Shown piece after piece: positions 1 through 11,629 of a stretch of DNA of 64,000 nt (within the stretch, counting starts at the first letter, position 1; every line of letters begins with the position of its first letter). The stretch comes from Octopus vulgaris (Eukaryota): positions 52,328,001 through 52,392,000 of the forward strand of contig OX597820.1 of NCBI GenBank assembly GCA_951406725.2. Direction: 5' to 3'. Below the pieces are notes generated by a model. The model was not told the DNA's origin. It saw only the letters and a list, made by a program, of their open reading frames with translations, and made no database searches. A program made the translations under genes and the position numbers.

Positions 1-114
1 ACAGAAAGGATGAAAGCCAAAGTCGACCTCGGCAGAATTTGAATTCAGAAAGTAACGCCAGACGAAATACTGCTAAGTATTTCGCCCGGCGATCAAACGA
101 TTCTGCCAGCTCGC
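1..114 (-). mobile_element. tRNA-derived SINE with Nin/Deu domain (cut by window edge)
   Basis: Reverse complement reads GCGAGCTGGCAGAATCGTT...GAATTCAAATTCTGCCGAGGTCGACTTTGGCTTTCATCCTTTC, matching the other copies in the window (A-box-like head, B box, start of the Nin/Deu motif). Confidence 0.8.
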
Positions 115-170
115 TTCTTTTTTTTACCAAGAGAATGACGAAGAGCTTCTAAAGCTCCGAAATTCATCTA

Positions 171-379
171 TTTTCCTACTAAATGCGTAATGCCTGACAT
201 TTTGGGAAAAGGTGCAAGCCAGTTACATCGACGCCAGTGTTTCACTGCTGCTTATTTGATCTAACCCCGAAAGGATGAAAGGCAAAGTCGACCTCGAGTT
301 TGAATTCAGAACGTAGCGACGGCCGAAATACCACTAAGCATTTTACCCGTCATGCTTATGATTCTGCCAGCTTACCGCC
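171..379 (-). mobile_element. tRNA-derived Nin/Deu-domain SINE
   Basis: CCCCGAAAGGATGAAAGGCAAAGTCGACCTCG at ~265-297 is the reverse complement of the Nin/Deu core; head ends ...CTGCCAGCTTACCGCC. Confidence 0.8.
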
Positions 380-1127
380 TTTCTGCCTCCTACTTTGTGA
401 TGCCAAGCACCGGGAACTTTCTAGCTCGTACGTCGACATTGAGCAAAAAACATTACATCAATTTTCGAAAGCTAATTTGGTAAAATTGTAGATATTGTCA
501 CGTTAATGACATCAATATATTAGTGATAATTATTTCATTAGTCCTGGATGTAGAAAAAAGCCAGATTTGAGTGAAACAAGAGTTGATAAACAGAATTATT
601 TGTAACAAATCAATTGATGTGGCTTCGATCTTAATGAATATTTTACTCTGAATTTAATACTGGTTCATTTTATAAACATTTCATCCTGTTAGATGTGAAA
701 TCGATGACGGTTGCCTGCCTAATGGATGATAGCAATAGAGTGGGAAGTAAAACACTTCTAGATGACAAAACAATTGACAGGATTCTGACCATTACACCTG
801 CAACGTGATTACTATCATTAAACTATGACTAGTTATTGTTCTTGTTGATGTCTTTCCAATGTGATGCTAGCTCTGATCTGTTAAATATATTATCAAAAAA
901 TTCCATTCTCTGACTTTTTTTCCATTTTATTCATACATAATATATCTATGACTGCGTTATCCAAAGAATCCTATGGATTGTGATTTGTAGCATATTTAAC
1001 CATTACTTGTAACACTTAGAATCACCATTTGTCGGTTCTGCAAGCATATGTGGTTTATCACTGATATTGATCGTACATGGCTTCTGGAAAATGAATGTTT
1101 GCTGTTGATTCTGTCAAACGTGTCTCT

Positions 1128-1283
1128 GGCATGGCTGTGTGGTAAGTAACTTTCTTCTCAACCACTCGGTTCCGGGTTCAGCCCCACTGCGTGGCAACTT
1201 GGGCAAGTATTTTCTGCTTTAGCCTCGGGCCGACCAAAGCTTTGTGAGTGGATTTGGCAGACGGAAACTGAAAGAAGCCCATC

Positions 1284-1323
<40 letters not shown>

Positions 1324-1512
1324 ATATTTCTGTGTCTGCGATTGTCCCTCTACCATCACTTGACGATCGATGTTGGTGTGTTTAGGGGTTCGGCAAATAA
1401 ACCGATAGAACAAGTACTGGGCTTACGAAACCATAAAGTCCTGGGGTCGATTTGTTCGACTAAAGGCGGTGCTCCGACATGGCCGCAGTCAAATGACTGA
1501 AACATATAAAAT
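1128..1512 (+). mobile_element. tRNA-derived CORE-like SINE (octopus OR2-like) with internal (TA)n
   Basis: TGGCTGTGTGG A box, GGTTCAGCCCC B box, CORE-like GTGGCAACTTGGGCAAGT, central (TA)n, tail GGCGGTGCTCC..CATGGCCGCAGTCAAATGACTGAAAC. Family name from recall. Confidence 0.8.
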
Positions 1513-2987
1513 AATAGAAGGCTAAAAGACTAACTGATTTAAGGTTATTGAGTGTATGCTTCTCATGTATGTTCTGACGCCGTGCTTTCTGAGTTTTTTT
1601 TGTGTGTTGTTTTCGTAATGAATTTCATGTTCACTACTAAAAATATTTCCTTGATATGCCTATTCCTTTGAACTCAAAACTCTGATGTTATCAATCACCA
1701 TATATGTTTATTTATTTACAACACTTCATCGCCATCGTCGTCGTCATCATCATCATCATCATCATCATCATCTTCATCATCATCATCATCATCATCGCCG
1801 TCGTCGTGGTCCTAATCACCATCATCTTAATCACCACCATCTACTACTACTACTAGTGCTGCTGCTTCTACTGTTACTTACAACAACTACTGAAATTGCA
1901 AAAGTAGCAGTAATAATAAATGTAGGATGTGTAATGGCGGTAGTAGATGTAGCGCCAGTAGCACCAGTACAACTCTGTTGTTTCTATCGAGGTTTTTGTC
2001 TCTTTTCCAATAGTGATATATAGAAATTTTGCCTTTCATATACTTTCCCTCATATCCTAAAATAAACAGAAAACAAGTCTACGCTTCGCTTAAGCTTTAA
2101 TTTCGAATGAAATTTTCAATGTTATTTTCTTCCATGTACACTACAAACTAAACGTGAGAATGTTCCTTCCTAATTTGTACAGGAGGCACTATATATCTAT
2201 TGTTCCAACCACAGCTGGCAGACTTGGTTTTGTGTTCTGCTCTGGTCTTCATCTAGTATTAATTAGAATTTTGGGTTACATATTACTGCAAATACTTTCT
2301 TAATGAATTAATTATTATAAGGAACTATTCGATGCAAATGAAGAAGAAAGAAACATCGAGGGATTGCAATTAACGTATCTCTCAACTTGCAAAGGTTTTG
2401 AGCAAAATGCTTTTTTCTTCACAGATCAGTTACGCTAAATATCGAGACTGATTAACAGAAAAGCCAAGAATATATCTTTTAATAGATCACAGTCCTTTTC
2501 AAGACGTGAAGTTGATTAATATTGTTGTTTATAGTTTGTTATTATATTTCTTACTTAATTTCAATTTAACTCTCATTGAAAACATTCCAACTTAGATCAC
2601 CTGATACTTAGCCAAATTAGGGAGTGTGTTGTCCTTTCTGTTTAAGATGGCGCTGTTGGATGTGACAGTTTCGCTGCAATGTCTCATATACCAAGCAAAC
2701 ATATAGAAGGAGTATCGATATTTTACATAGACAGAATAGCGAACTCCAAAATGAAAAAGATTATCGGTAAGTGTAAAAATAGATACAGTACAGATAACAA
2801 TCACAGAGTTATTGAATACATAAGGGCACATTATTAGATATTGAAATCTTTAAACGCATCTTAAATCATACTAAAATAATAAATAGTGATTGAGATAAAT
2901 TTTGTTGGAGAAATTGTGCGAGATGGAAATTATTATCATACTAATACACAAGCTCAGGACAGTACCAACACCGCGAGTATCGTTGAC

Positions 2988-2988
2988 T

Positions 2989-3030
<42 letters not shown>

Positions 3031-3047
3031 TACTACTATTGCTGCTG

Positions 3048-3101
<54 letters not shown>

Positions 3102-3116
3102 ATACTACTACTACTG

Positions 3117-3178
<62 letters not shown>

Positions 3179-3203
3179 ACCGCTGCAGCTACTTCTACTA
3201 CTG
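2988..3203. repeat. (CTA)n/(CTG)n microsatellite
   Basis: Directly visible trinucleotide tract; source of the poly-Leu/poly-Val ORFs. Confidence 0.95.
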
Positions 3204-3249
3204 TTGTCATTATCGTGGTGCAGGTTGAGGAAAACAAAAAGAGTAGCGG

Positions 3250-5010
3250 GGTTACATACTCACCTGGAGCTTTTGGCAGCCCAGTGACCCGGGTTCCAGA
3301 TCAGGTTCCTCTGGGAAACCGACTAAGAACCCCTTCGTGGTGCGAACGTTTGGCCTTGCCACGTTATGCGGGGGAAATCCTCTGAATCTCTTTGTATGGT
3401 TTGAAGTGTAACTGAATTAGCAAAAGCTGATCTGGAAAACTAAGTGTGCTGGTGGCGTGAATTGCACATTCTCACTCAACTGCCTTGTTTTGGGCTATGA
3501 GAGGCAACAAATTTTTGTCGGCTCTCCTCACGAGCACATAATTCATTGTTTCCATATTGATTTGTTTCCATATTGGTAGTGTGAGCATGTTGGTGTGAGT
3601 GTACGCTTGAAAGAGAGGGTGAGAGAGGGCTGGTTTGACAGGTACCCTAGGTTGATTTCTCCATTGTATGGTGGTGTTGGAGATGGGGCTACCGTTTTAC
3701 TGAAAGGTATTTGTTGTTGCTCTTGCTATTGCTGGTGGTGCAATGTAGGCTGCAGGTGTGGCTACGTACCTCCCAACTTTTGGGGGCAGAATGCTCTGAG
3801 TTGGCTTGGAACCTCACAGATGTTGCGTCTGGGCCTTCTGCTTTCCACGACGACACGCAGTTCGCTAGGCAGCTGCACTAGGTCCAGGACCTTCTCGGTG
3901 TTTTCTGGTTGTACATGAATCAATATTTCTAAGCTGATCACACACCAGCTCTCCCTGCTGCTTCTTTTTACATCCAGGAGCGATTTTGTGTCTTGAACCA
4001 TACAAGCGACAATCCAGAAGACGTTTACCTCCGGTGATACGCCATTTACTCTGATTCTCATTCTTCTCTTTGAAAGGTAGATAGGATACAGGATCCATTC
4101 CTCAGTTCACCGGGATGACACTGCGTATCTACGTGCGAGGTCCTCACTTTTAAAGAGGACCTCAGTACTGACACACTGCCTCCCACTCTGTATATGGGCC
4201 ACATCTATTAAACTTTCTCTGGGGGCCTTCTCAACGTCACTGATGGATGCTATTTCAGCCCTCTGAGTTTTACGTGATACGCGTATGAAAGAATTAGACC
4301 TCCTCTCTTTTGCCTCTATTATTTCGGGAGGTAAGAACACTGCGGCCTTAGCACCTTCAAATTTGCGACGATTTCATCTCAATCGAAGGAGAGGGGCATT
4401 CTCCGTCCGGGTTGCGGATCCGTGGAATAAGTTGTCGTACGAGATAGTGAAGATGCCGACTACCGCTCGGTTCAAAGTCTCTCTTGACCAGAAATGGCCT
4501 GAGCTCTTTGCATGAACACCCTCCCTGTACATAACTCCATGTCTCCCTACATGGCCTTACTTTTTGCTTTTTGAGCCAAAAACTAAACTTTACTTAATAT
4601 ATGGTCTTTTCCACCGTTGCAACTCCCAACACCACCGTCACCATTATTTTCTTCCTCTCCGCCTTCGATGTGAGCATTATCTTTTTTATCCGCTAAAAGC
4701 CGTTGCATTTTTAAAGAAAGTACTATCTCTGCTACAACTGTCTCAGCCACCGCTCCTGCTGCTGTTGCTGTTTCTGGCGTTGTTGTTGTTGTTACCACAA
4801 CTACTACTGCCACCGCTGCTGATGCCGCCGCCGCTGTCATTGCTACCGTTCATGCTGTAACTATGTACTTTTACACCTTCACTTTTCTCCTCCGTCTCTC
4901 CTTTATTGTTGCCAGTTAGAGAGGGAAAGGGGAGAAAAAGCCTCAGCAATAGCAGGAATTGCGGTAATGGCAGGTCTTCCCTTAACTCTTTCAAGATGCG
5001 CTCGGCCATC
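3250..5010 (-). mobile_element. Decayed Tx1/L1-like retrotransposon ORF1 (gag-like), interrupted by a LINE 3' end
   Basis: Co-linear minus-strand fragments from ATG 5009 (MAERILKELRE...) through ...EVLFKSEDLARRYA..., MRIRVNGVSPEV..., to LRVVVESRRPRRNICEVPSQLRAFCP, a degenerate CX2CX4HX4C knuckle typical of Tx1-clade ORF1. The low-coordinate boundary is uncertain. Confidence 0.55.
4361..4595 (+). mobile_element. CR1-group LINE 3' end (5'-truncated)
   Basis: Translates RRFHLNRRRGAFSVRVADPWNKLSYEIVKMPTTARFKVSLDQKW, the typical CR1 ORF2 C-terminus (FSxRVxxxWNxL...FKxxLD), followed by a short 3' UTR. Confidence 0.75.
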
Positions 5011-5247
5011 TTGTTGAATTGTAAGTGATTACACGCCCTCTGAAATTAGTTGGTGGGTCGAATATGGCCCCGCGAGGGGCTAAAAGAAACACAGAAAAAC
5101 CAGTGACGGGTTACTGGTGTCTATATTATAAAAAAAACAGCTTTTCTCAAATAGATTCAAATTGAACGAAACAGCGTCACCAGACTGCTCCAAACAAACG
5201 TTTTAAAAACGAACTTATTTGGAGCGTTCGAAGACACGTCCGATGTC

Positions 5248-5278
<31 letters not shown>

Positions 5279-5300
5279 GCAATAATGAAAATGATAATAA

Positions 5301-5507
5301 TCCTTTCTACTATAGGCACGAGGCCTGAAATTTGTGGGAGGGGGCTAGTCGATGGCATCAACCCCAGTCCGTAATTGGTACTTATTTCAACGACTCCGAA
5401 AAGATGAAAGGCAAAGTCGACCTCGGTGAAATTTGGACTAACAACGTGAAGACCGACGAAATGCCACTAGGCATCTTCTCCAACGTGTTATCGATTCTGC
5501 CAGCTCA
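5301..5507 (-). mobile_element. tRNA-derived Nin/Deu-domain SINE
   Basis: Tail CCTTTCTACTATAGGCACGAGGCCTGAAATT, core GATGAAAGGCAAAGTCGACCTCGG, head ...TTCTGCCAGCTCAC. Confidence 0.8.
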
Positions 5508-5515
5508 CTGACTTT

Positions 5516-5516
<1 letters not shown>

Positions 5517-5569
<53 letters not shown>

Positions 5570-5603
5570 GTAGTAGTAGTAGTAGTATTAGTAGTAGTAG
5601 TAT

Positions 5604-5661
<58 letters not shown>

Positions 5662-5681
5662 TGTAGTAGTAGTAATAATAA

Positions 5682-5712
<31 letters not shown>

Positions 5713-5746
5713 AATAAAAATAATAATAATAGTAATAGTAATAGTA

Positions 5747-5814
<68 letters not shown>
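5517..5814. repeat. (AAT)n/(AGT)n microsatellite, 5' flank of the Dong insertion
   Basis: Directly visible. Confidence 0.95.
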
Positions 5815-5819
<5 letters not shown>

Positions 5820-8423
5820 CTGAAGAGGTCACCCAGGCACTGCAAAAACTATCCATAACAACTGAAGAGGTCACCCAGGCACTGCAAAACCTAGAGTATC
5901 AAAATAACAAACTCGCAATCTGAACAACTTTGGACCCCCATAATAACTGAAGAGGTCACCCAGGCACTGCAAAACCTAGAGTATCAAAATAACAAACTCG
6001 CAATCTGAACAACTTTGGACCCCCATAATAACTGAAGAGGTCACCCAGGCACTGCAAAAACTAAGCAACTGGAAGACACCTGGGCATGACAAGATCCCCA
6101 ACTTCTGGTTGAAATATCTAACAGGAATGCACAAAAAGCTGGCTGAAAACTTTAACAGCATACTAGCAGAGCCAGAGACAATGCTTGAATGGCTCACGAA
6201 GGGGAAAACCATCTTAATTCCCAAATCAAATGAAACAGCAAAACCAGAAAACTACAGACCAATAACCTGCCTCCCTACTATGTTCAAGGCATTTACTGCA
6301 GTGATATCGCAAAGGCTGAACAAGCACCTGGACGAAAACAAACTGTTCCCAGAAGAGCAGAAAGGATGCCGCAAAGGCACATATGGCTGTAAAGATCAAC
6401 TAATGATTAATAAAGCCGTAACTGAAGACAGCCACAGAAAGAAGAAAGGCCTCAGTATGGCCTGGATTGACTACAAAAAGGCGTTTGATAGCATCCCCCA
6501 CACATGGATCCTCGAAACACTAGCCATTAACAAAATAGCACCAACAATCATAAAATTCATAGAGCACTCTATGAATAAATGGCAAACAGTCCTACACCTC
6601 CAAACAAAAGAGGGACTCATGAAAACCAAAGACATCCCCATTAGAAGAGGAATATTCCAGGGAGACACGCTCTTTCCACTCCTTTTCTGTTGGCACTGTC
6701 ACCTCTATCTGATATGCTAAATAGAACTGGATGCGGATATAAATGTTACGGCAAAACGATCAGCCACATTTTATATATGGATGACCTAAAGCTATACGCT
6801 GCAAATGACAAACAGCTGGAAACACTATTAAAGACAGTTCATGGATTTACCAAAGAAATATATATGAAATTTGGATTAGAAAAATGCGCCAAAGTAACCA
6901 TGAAAAGAGGAAAACTAGTTAAGAGTAACAACATCACACTAGATAAAACCAATGAAATAAAAGAATTAGACCAAAGCCAAACTTACAAATACTTAGGAAT
7001 CCATGAACTAGACAAGACACAACACGCACAAATGAAAGAGAAAATAAAAAAAAATATTATAGACTAGTTAGATCAATACTAAAAACAGAGCTCAATGCTA
7101 AAAACAAGATAATAGGTATCAACACTTTAGCTGTCCCAGTTATAAGTTACAGCTACAATATCCTTAACTGGACACGAAATGAACTGTCCAAAATAGATAA
7201 GAAAACAAGAAAAATACTGACAGGATCTAGTATGCATCACCCAAAATCTGACATAGAAAGACTATATATACAACGTATAGAAGGTGGTAGAGGCCTTATA
7301 CAGCTGGAAAACTACTATAAAATAACCACCATAGGACTGCAAAAATATCTACTTCAGAAGGAAGGAAAACTGATCCAGATAGCAGCAAAACACGAGCAAA
7401 ACAAAAAACTGTTCTCAGTATTTAAGGAAGCTGACAAATACAAACAAGAAATCATACCACCTAATAAACATGAAGAAGAAGAAGAAGATGATGAAGAAAC
7501 GACAAAAGCTATAAAACAAATGAAATCCAAACTAAAAATAGAACAGCAACGAACCATGATAAAACGATGGCAAGAAAAGCCCCTTCATAGTAAATACTGC
7601 ACTAAACTAAACGCAAAAGAAATAGACAAAGAAAAATCCCAGCAATGGTTGAGAAGGTCAGGACTCAAAGCAGAAACAGAGGCATTTTTAATTGCAGCAC
7701 AAGACCAAAGCCTCCCCACCAGAAATTACCAAAAACATGTAATGAAAAGAAATATTACAAGTAACTGCAGAATATGTGGAGATGGACAAGAAACAATAAA
7801 TCATATTATCTCTAGCTGCCCAGTCCTGGCTAAGAAGGAATATATTCACAGACATGACAGAGTTGGAACCTACATACATTGGAAGCTATGCCAACATTAT
7901 GGAATAACAACAGAAAAAAGATGGTATAGGCACACACCAGAAAAGGTCACAGAAAACGAGAAAGCAACCATACTCTGGGATATGCCGATACACACAGATA
8001 GAGAAATTAAGGCTAACAGACCAGATATAGTTGTCAGAGATCATGAAGAAAAAAAATGCTTTCTAATTGATGTATCAATACCGGCAGATGACAACGTGTC
8101 TCTAAAAGAAATGGAGAAACTCTCAAAATACAAAGACCTGGAAATAGAGGTAACTAGAATGTGGAATCTGAAAACAGAAACAATTCCTATCATAGTAGGT
8201 GCATTAGGCATGATAAAAAAATACTTAGATAAATACATAACAAAAACACCAGGACTTACAAACATACAGAAAATTGCACTACTAGGCACTGCACACATCC
8301 TACGCAGAACACTTTCCATACAATAACCATCAGAGCATCACAACAAATCACAGCACATACCCAAGGCACACAGAGCTGCGCTCGGTAGTGAAGTGAAAGC
8401 ACGCTATAAAAATAAAACTACTG
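5815..8423 (+). mobile_element. Dong/R4-clade non-LTR retrotransposon (RT + restriction-like endonuclease), 5'-truncated, in (TAA)n
   Basis: RT motifs NWKTPGHDKIPNFWLK, YRPITCL, EQKGC, AWIDYKKAFDSIPH, GIFQGD, HILYMDDLKLY; CCHC finger CRICGDGQETINHIISSC; RHD; RLE motif RPDIVV...IDVSIP...KLSKY; stop at 8326, ~100-bp 3' UTR, (AAT)n on both sides as established for Dong. Confidence 0.93.
6031..8326 (+). pseudogene. Frameshifted RT-RLE ORF of the Dong/R4 element
   Basis: ORF-track pieces 6109-6720, 6690-7067 and 7232-8326 join via frameshifts at ~6689 (T run) and ~7050 (A run); no internal stop codons seen. Confidence 0.88.
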
Positions 8424-8470
8424 AATAATAATAATAATAATAATAATGATAATAATAATGATGATGATGT

Positions 8471-8522
<52 letters not shown>

Positions 8523-8534
8523 AATAATAATAAT

Positions 8535-9086
8535 GCGCTAGTGCGGTACCAGGCAGTGGCTCTCTTGGCTTCTGATCTTAACTGATTGGAAGTGTTATCA
8601 TGTACATTGTTTTGTGTTGGTGTAAAAGATGAGTTACAGCAAATATTCTGCTCAGTACCACAGATTTGCTTACTAGTTGTTTGACCTTAACCAGTTGAGC
8701 ATGTTCCTTACTGGCTGACGATATGTGCATCTCTGATCACAAGCAGAAGTAGTTGGGGAGCATCATAGCCGTCTGTTGAAAGGAATTCTTTGAGTTTTGG
8801 ATAATTCACCTTTGGAAACATGGGTGGTTCATTCAACATCCTTAAACAATCCTTATTCGGGGACCTTTTGAACGAGATGCGCTACTCGAGCAGAAGAAAA
8901 TTCTAACTGGGCCCCACCTGGAATTTCATGTGCTGTTCATCTTGATATGAGATCAACATGTCGCGCACATATGGTTGTGATGCGAGTGCCTGGTGTACCC
9001 TTATCAGAAGGGTTGTCATGATGGTTATTCTGGGCTTCGTATATTTTACCCTTGTTACTTTGGTGGCATGCATTGCTCTCTCACTC
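8535..9086 (+). mobile_element. ~550-bp non-coding (TAA)n-embedded interspersed element, copy 1
   Basis: Aligns end to end with 39906-40451, 40548-41092 and 62973-63526; (AAT)n on both sides. Strand assigned by AAT polarity. Confidence 0.85.
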
Positions 9087-9139
<53 letters not shown>

Positions 9140-9559
9140 AGATGAGGATGATGATCGTAATGGTAATAAGTACCATAATCCTCATCATAATCGACGACTC
9201 TATCGTCATAGTTGATGACGAATAACAATTCCTCAACAAGAAATATTCGTCACACTTGTCACAATCATATCATTACCATGAACAGAACCAGTAACTAACT
9301 ATTTCCCTTCTAATTATCACAATTCTTAACATGAATATTATCTCCGTCAATTTTTATGAATATCAATATTACCATGGTAACCATGACTTATATCGAAATC
9401 AAATTCAACAATATCAAGCAACATTACTTCTAATGAAGATGGAAGTCAGCAAAGAAAAATCTACCTCTAATCCACATGATCCACGTTCACCAACAGTATG
9501 TTAATGAAATAATTCATCTTTCAGTAATAATAACAAAAATAGATGATATGCATACACAC

Positions 9560-9612
<53 letters not shown>

Positions 9613-10039
9613 AATTATAAGAAATGTAGTTTTACTTACATACACATCTATAAATCTTCAGCAGAGGTTTGTCTTAAATACAATTAATTAGATCGACTCG
9701 AGCGTCAAAAACACATAGATGTGTATGTAAGTAACACATAGATGTGTATGTAAGTAAAACTACATATTACATTAGTAATAAAACAATTTGTTCAGGGTCA
9801 ATCTATTTATTCGTTATATTTCACTTTCCTTCCGTTAAATGTATGTTAATTCTAGTTGGAAACATCTTTTTTCTGTTGCTATACTATCGGAGCTATTTTT
9901 AGCACTAGAGTTATCCACATAGTGGTTAACTCTCTAATAATTTATGTATAAATTTGTATTTTCTCCGTAGTTTTTTTGTGCTAAGCCACTCGGTGTTAAA
10001 TTAATGGTATTATTAAATTAATATCAATTTTTCACCCTC

Positions 10040-10138
<99 letters not shown>

Positions 10139-11047
10139 CACACACACATATATATACACACGCACACATGCATGCATATACAACAAACACACGCAACATA
10201 TGTGCTTTTGAATATATTCCTATAACGAGTGTGCACAACGTTGTATGTGAATATATATATATATATATATATATATGATTATTTGCGTGTGTATGATTTA
10301 GCCACTATATACAACTTGATGCAATGGTTTTTAGTTCCACGATGTGGCACATGCCTAGCGTATTTTGCTTATGAAGAAGCTTTCGTTTGTTTCTATGTTT
10401 GCACAAATTCAGGTGCTTTGTACAACGACCCCTAAGTGAATACAAGTTTTAACTGATTTTCTTTGCAATTGTAATATCAGATTTATATGCTAGATCCTAC
10501 TGGAAGCACTCAGCGATTGACCAAACAATTAGCCAATGTCCGAGAGTCATATTTTTGCTTAGGTGAAGGCACGTTTATATAGCTTTTATGTTGTTAATGA
10601 ACATCTACTTAAACATGTTGCTTAAACATGTAAAGCTTATTTTTACACAATTCTTCTTAAATATCTTATTATATGCATGTTCTGCAGAGAGGAGAGATTT
10701 TATGATAGCTGCATTTCTTTTGATTTAGAAACTCGCTGATCGATGCAGTTAAATTATTTTCTTTCGTTACATTAGTTAATTAGGGGGAATTGATGACGTT
10801 TTATTAAATGTACTAGTGTTCATGGTGGCAGTGGGAGTAATGATAACAGAGAGAGAAAGAGTGGGTATGTGAGAGAAAAGGAAATCAGGTACAACTTTCC
10901 TTAACTGTGTCTCTGATAGAAATTCATGTCGCCAATATACTGAACACTATCATTTTTGTTTTATTTTTTTGTTTTCTTTAATACACACACACACATGTAT
11001 ATATAATACACTTTAACTGAAATAAAGTTTCCTCAAAATTAAATACA

Positions 11048-11561
11048 TCTAATATAATAAATGTGAATGGCAGTGTGTTAGTGTGTCACATTTTTCAACT
11101 TTACTCCTGGAGGCCATAGCCCAACGTATTATACTTTTTTGGATCATGTTGACTCCGTGAGTAAATTAAAAACATTTCGGGCCGAATCTGGACCCACAAT
11201 CCTGAAATTTTGGATTCCCAAGTTTTCATTACTGTGATTGTTTTGGGCGAATCTTTACGAGCCTTTTGCGACATATTTATTTTTACGATAACAATTTTTA
11301 TAATCTAAACGCTAAGTCCGTGATTAAATCAAAAATATTCAGGGCCGAACCCAGACCTGCAATCCTGAAATTTTGGTTTCCTATGTTTTCAATACTGCGA
11401 TTGTTTCGGCGCATTTTTTTACGTGATTTTTTGCGACGAATATGATCATCATTGGGATATGACTCTGGTGGAAGCAATTGCAACAAATTCTGCAAAACAA
11501 GTCAGAGATATGTTTGCAGATCTTACTATTTAGGGCCAGTTGCTTAAAAGCCGTGTACTAG
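11048..11561 (+). mobile_element. Possible non-autonomous Helitron-like element with a ~160-bp internal duplication
   Basis: Begins A|TCTAATATAATAAATGTGAATGG (Helitron-like 5' end); diverged direct repeats at ~11165-11275 and ~11325-11440 (GGGCCGAA...CAATCCTGAAATTTTGG...TTTTGCGAC); CTAG at 11558-11561 lacks a convincing hairpin. Confidence 0.35.
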
Positions 11562-11629
11562 CTAAAAGTCCGCCCTATCGGGCGGCTTTTCGGTATCGTT
11601 CCTTCATTAAGGCAATTTCTAGGTTCTAT

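Noticed and set aside
130-172. Hammerhead-like ATGACGAA-GAGCTT-CTA-AAGCTC-CGAAA
   Set aside because: Good stem II, but C3 is missing and no convincing stem I or III; single copy.
1685-2023. His-rich ORF (also 19829-20203 and all poly-Leu/Ile/Tyr/Asn and YIYI/CVCV ORFs)
   Set aside because: Translations of microsatellites; no domain content or splice structure.
5815-6065. CRISPR-like repeat array
   Set aside because: The repeats are part of the Dong RT coding sequence, two spacers are identical, and the context is eukaryotic with no cas genes.
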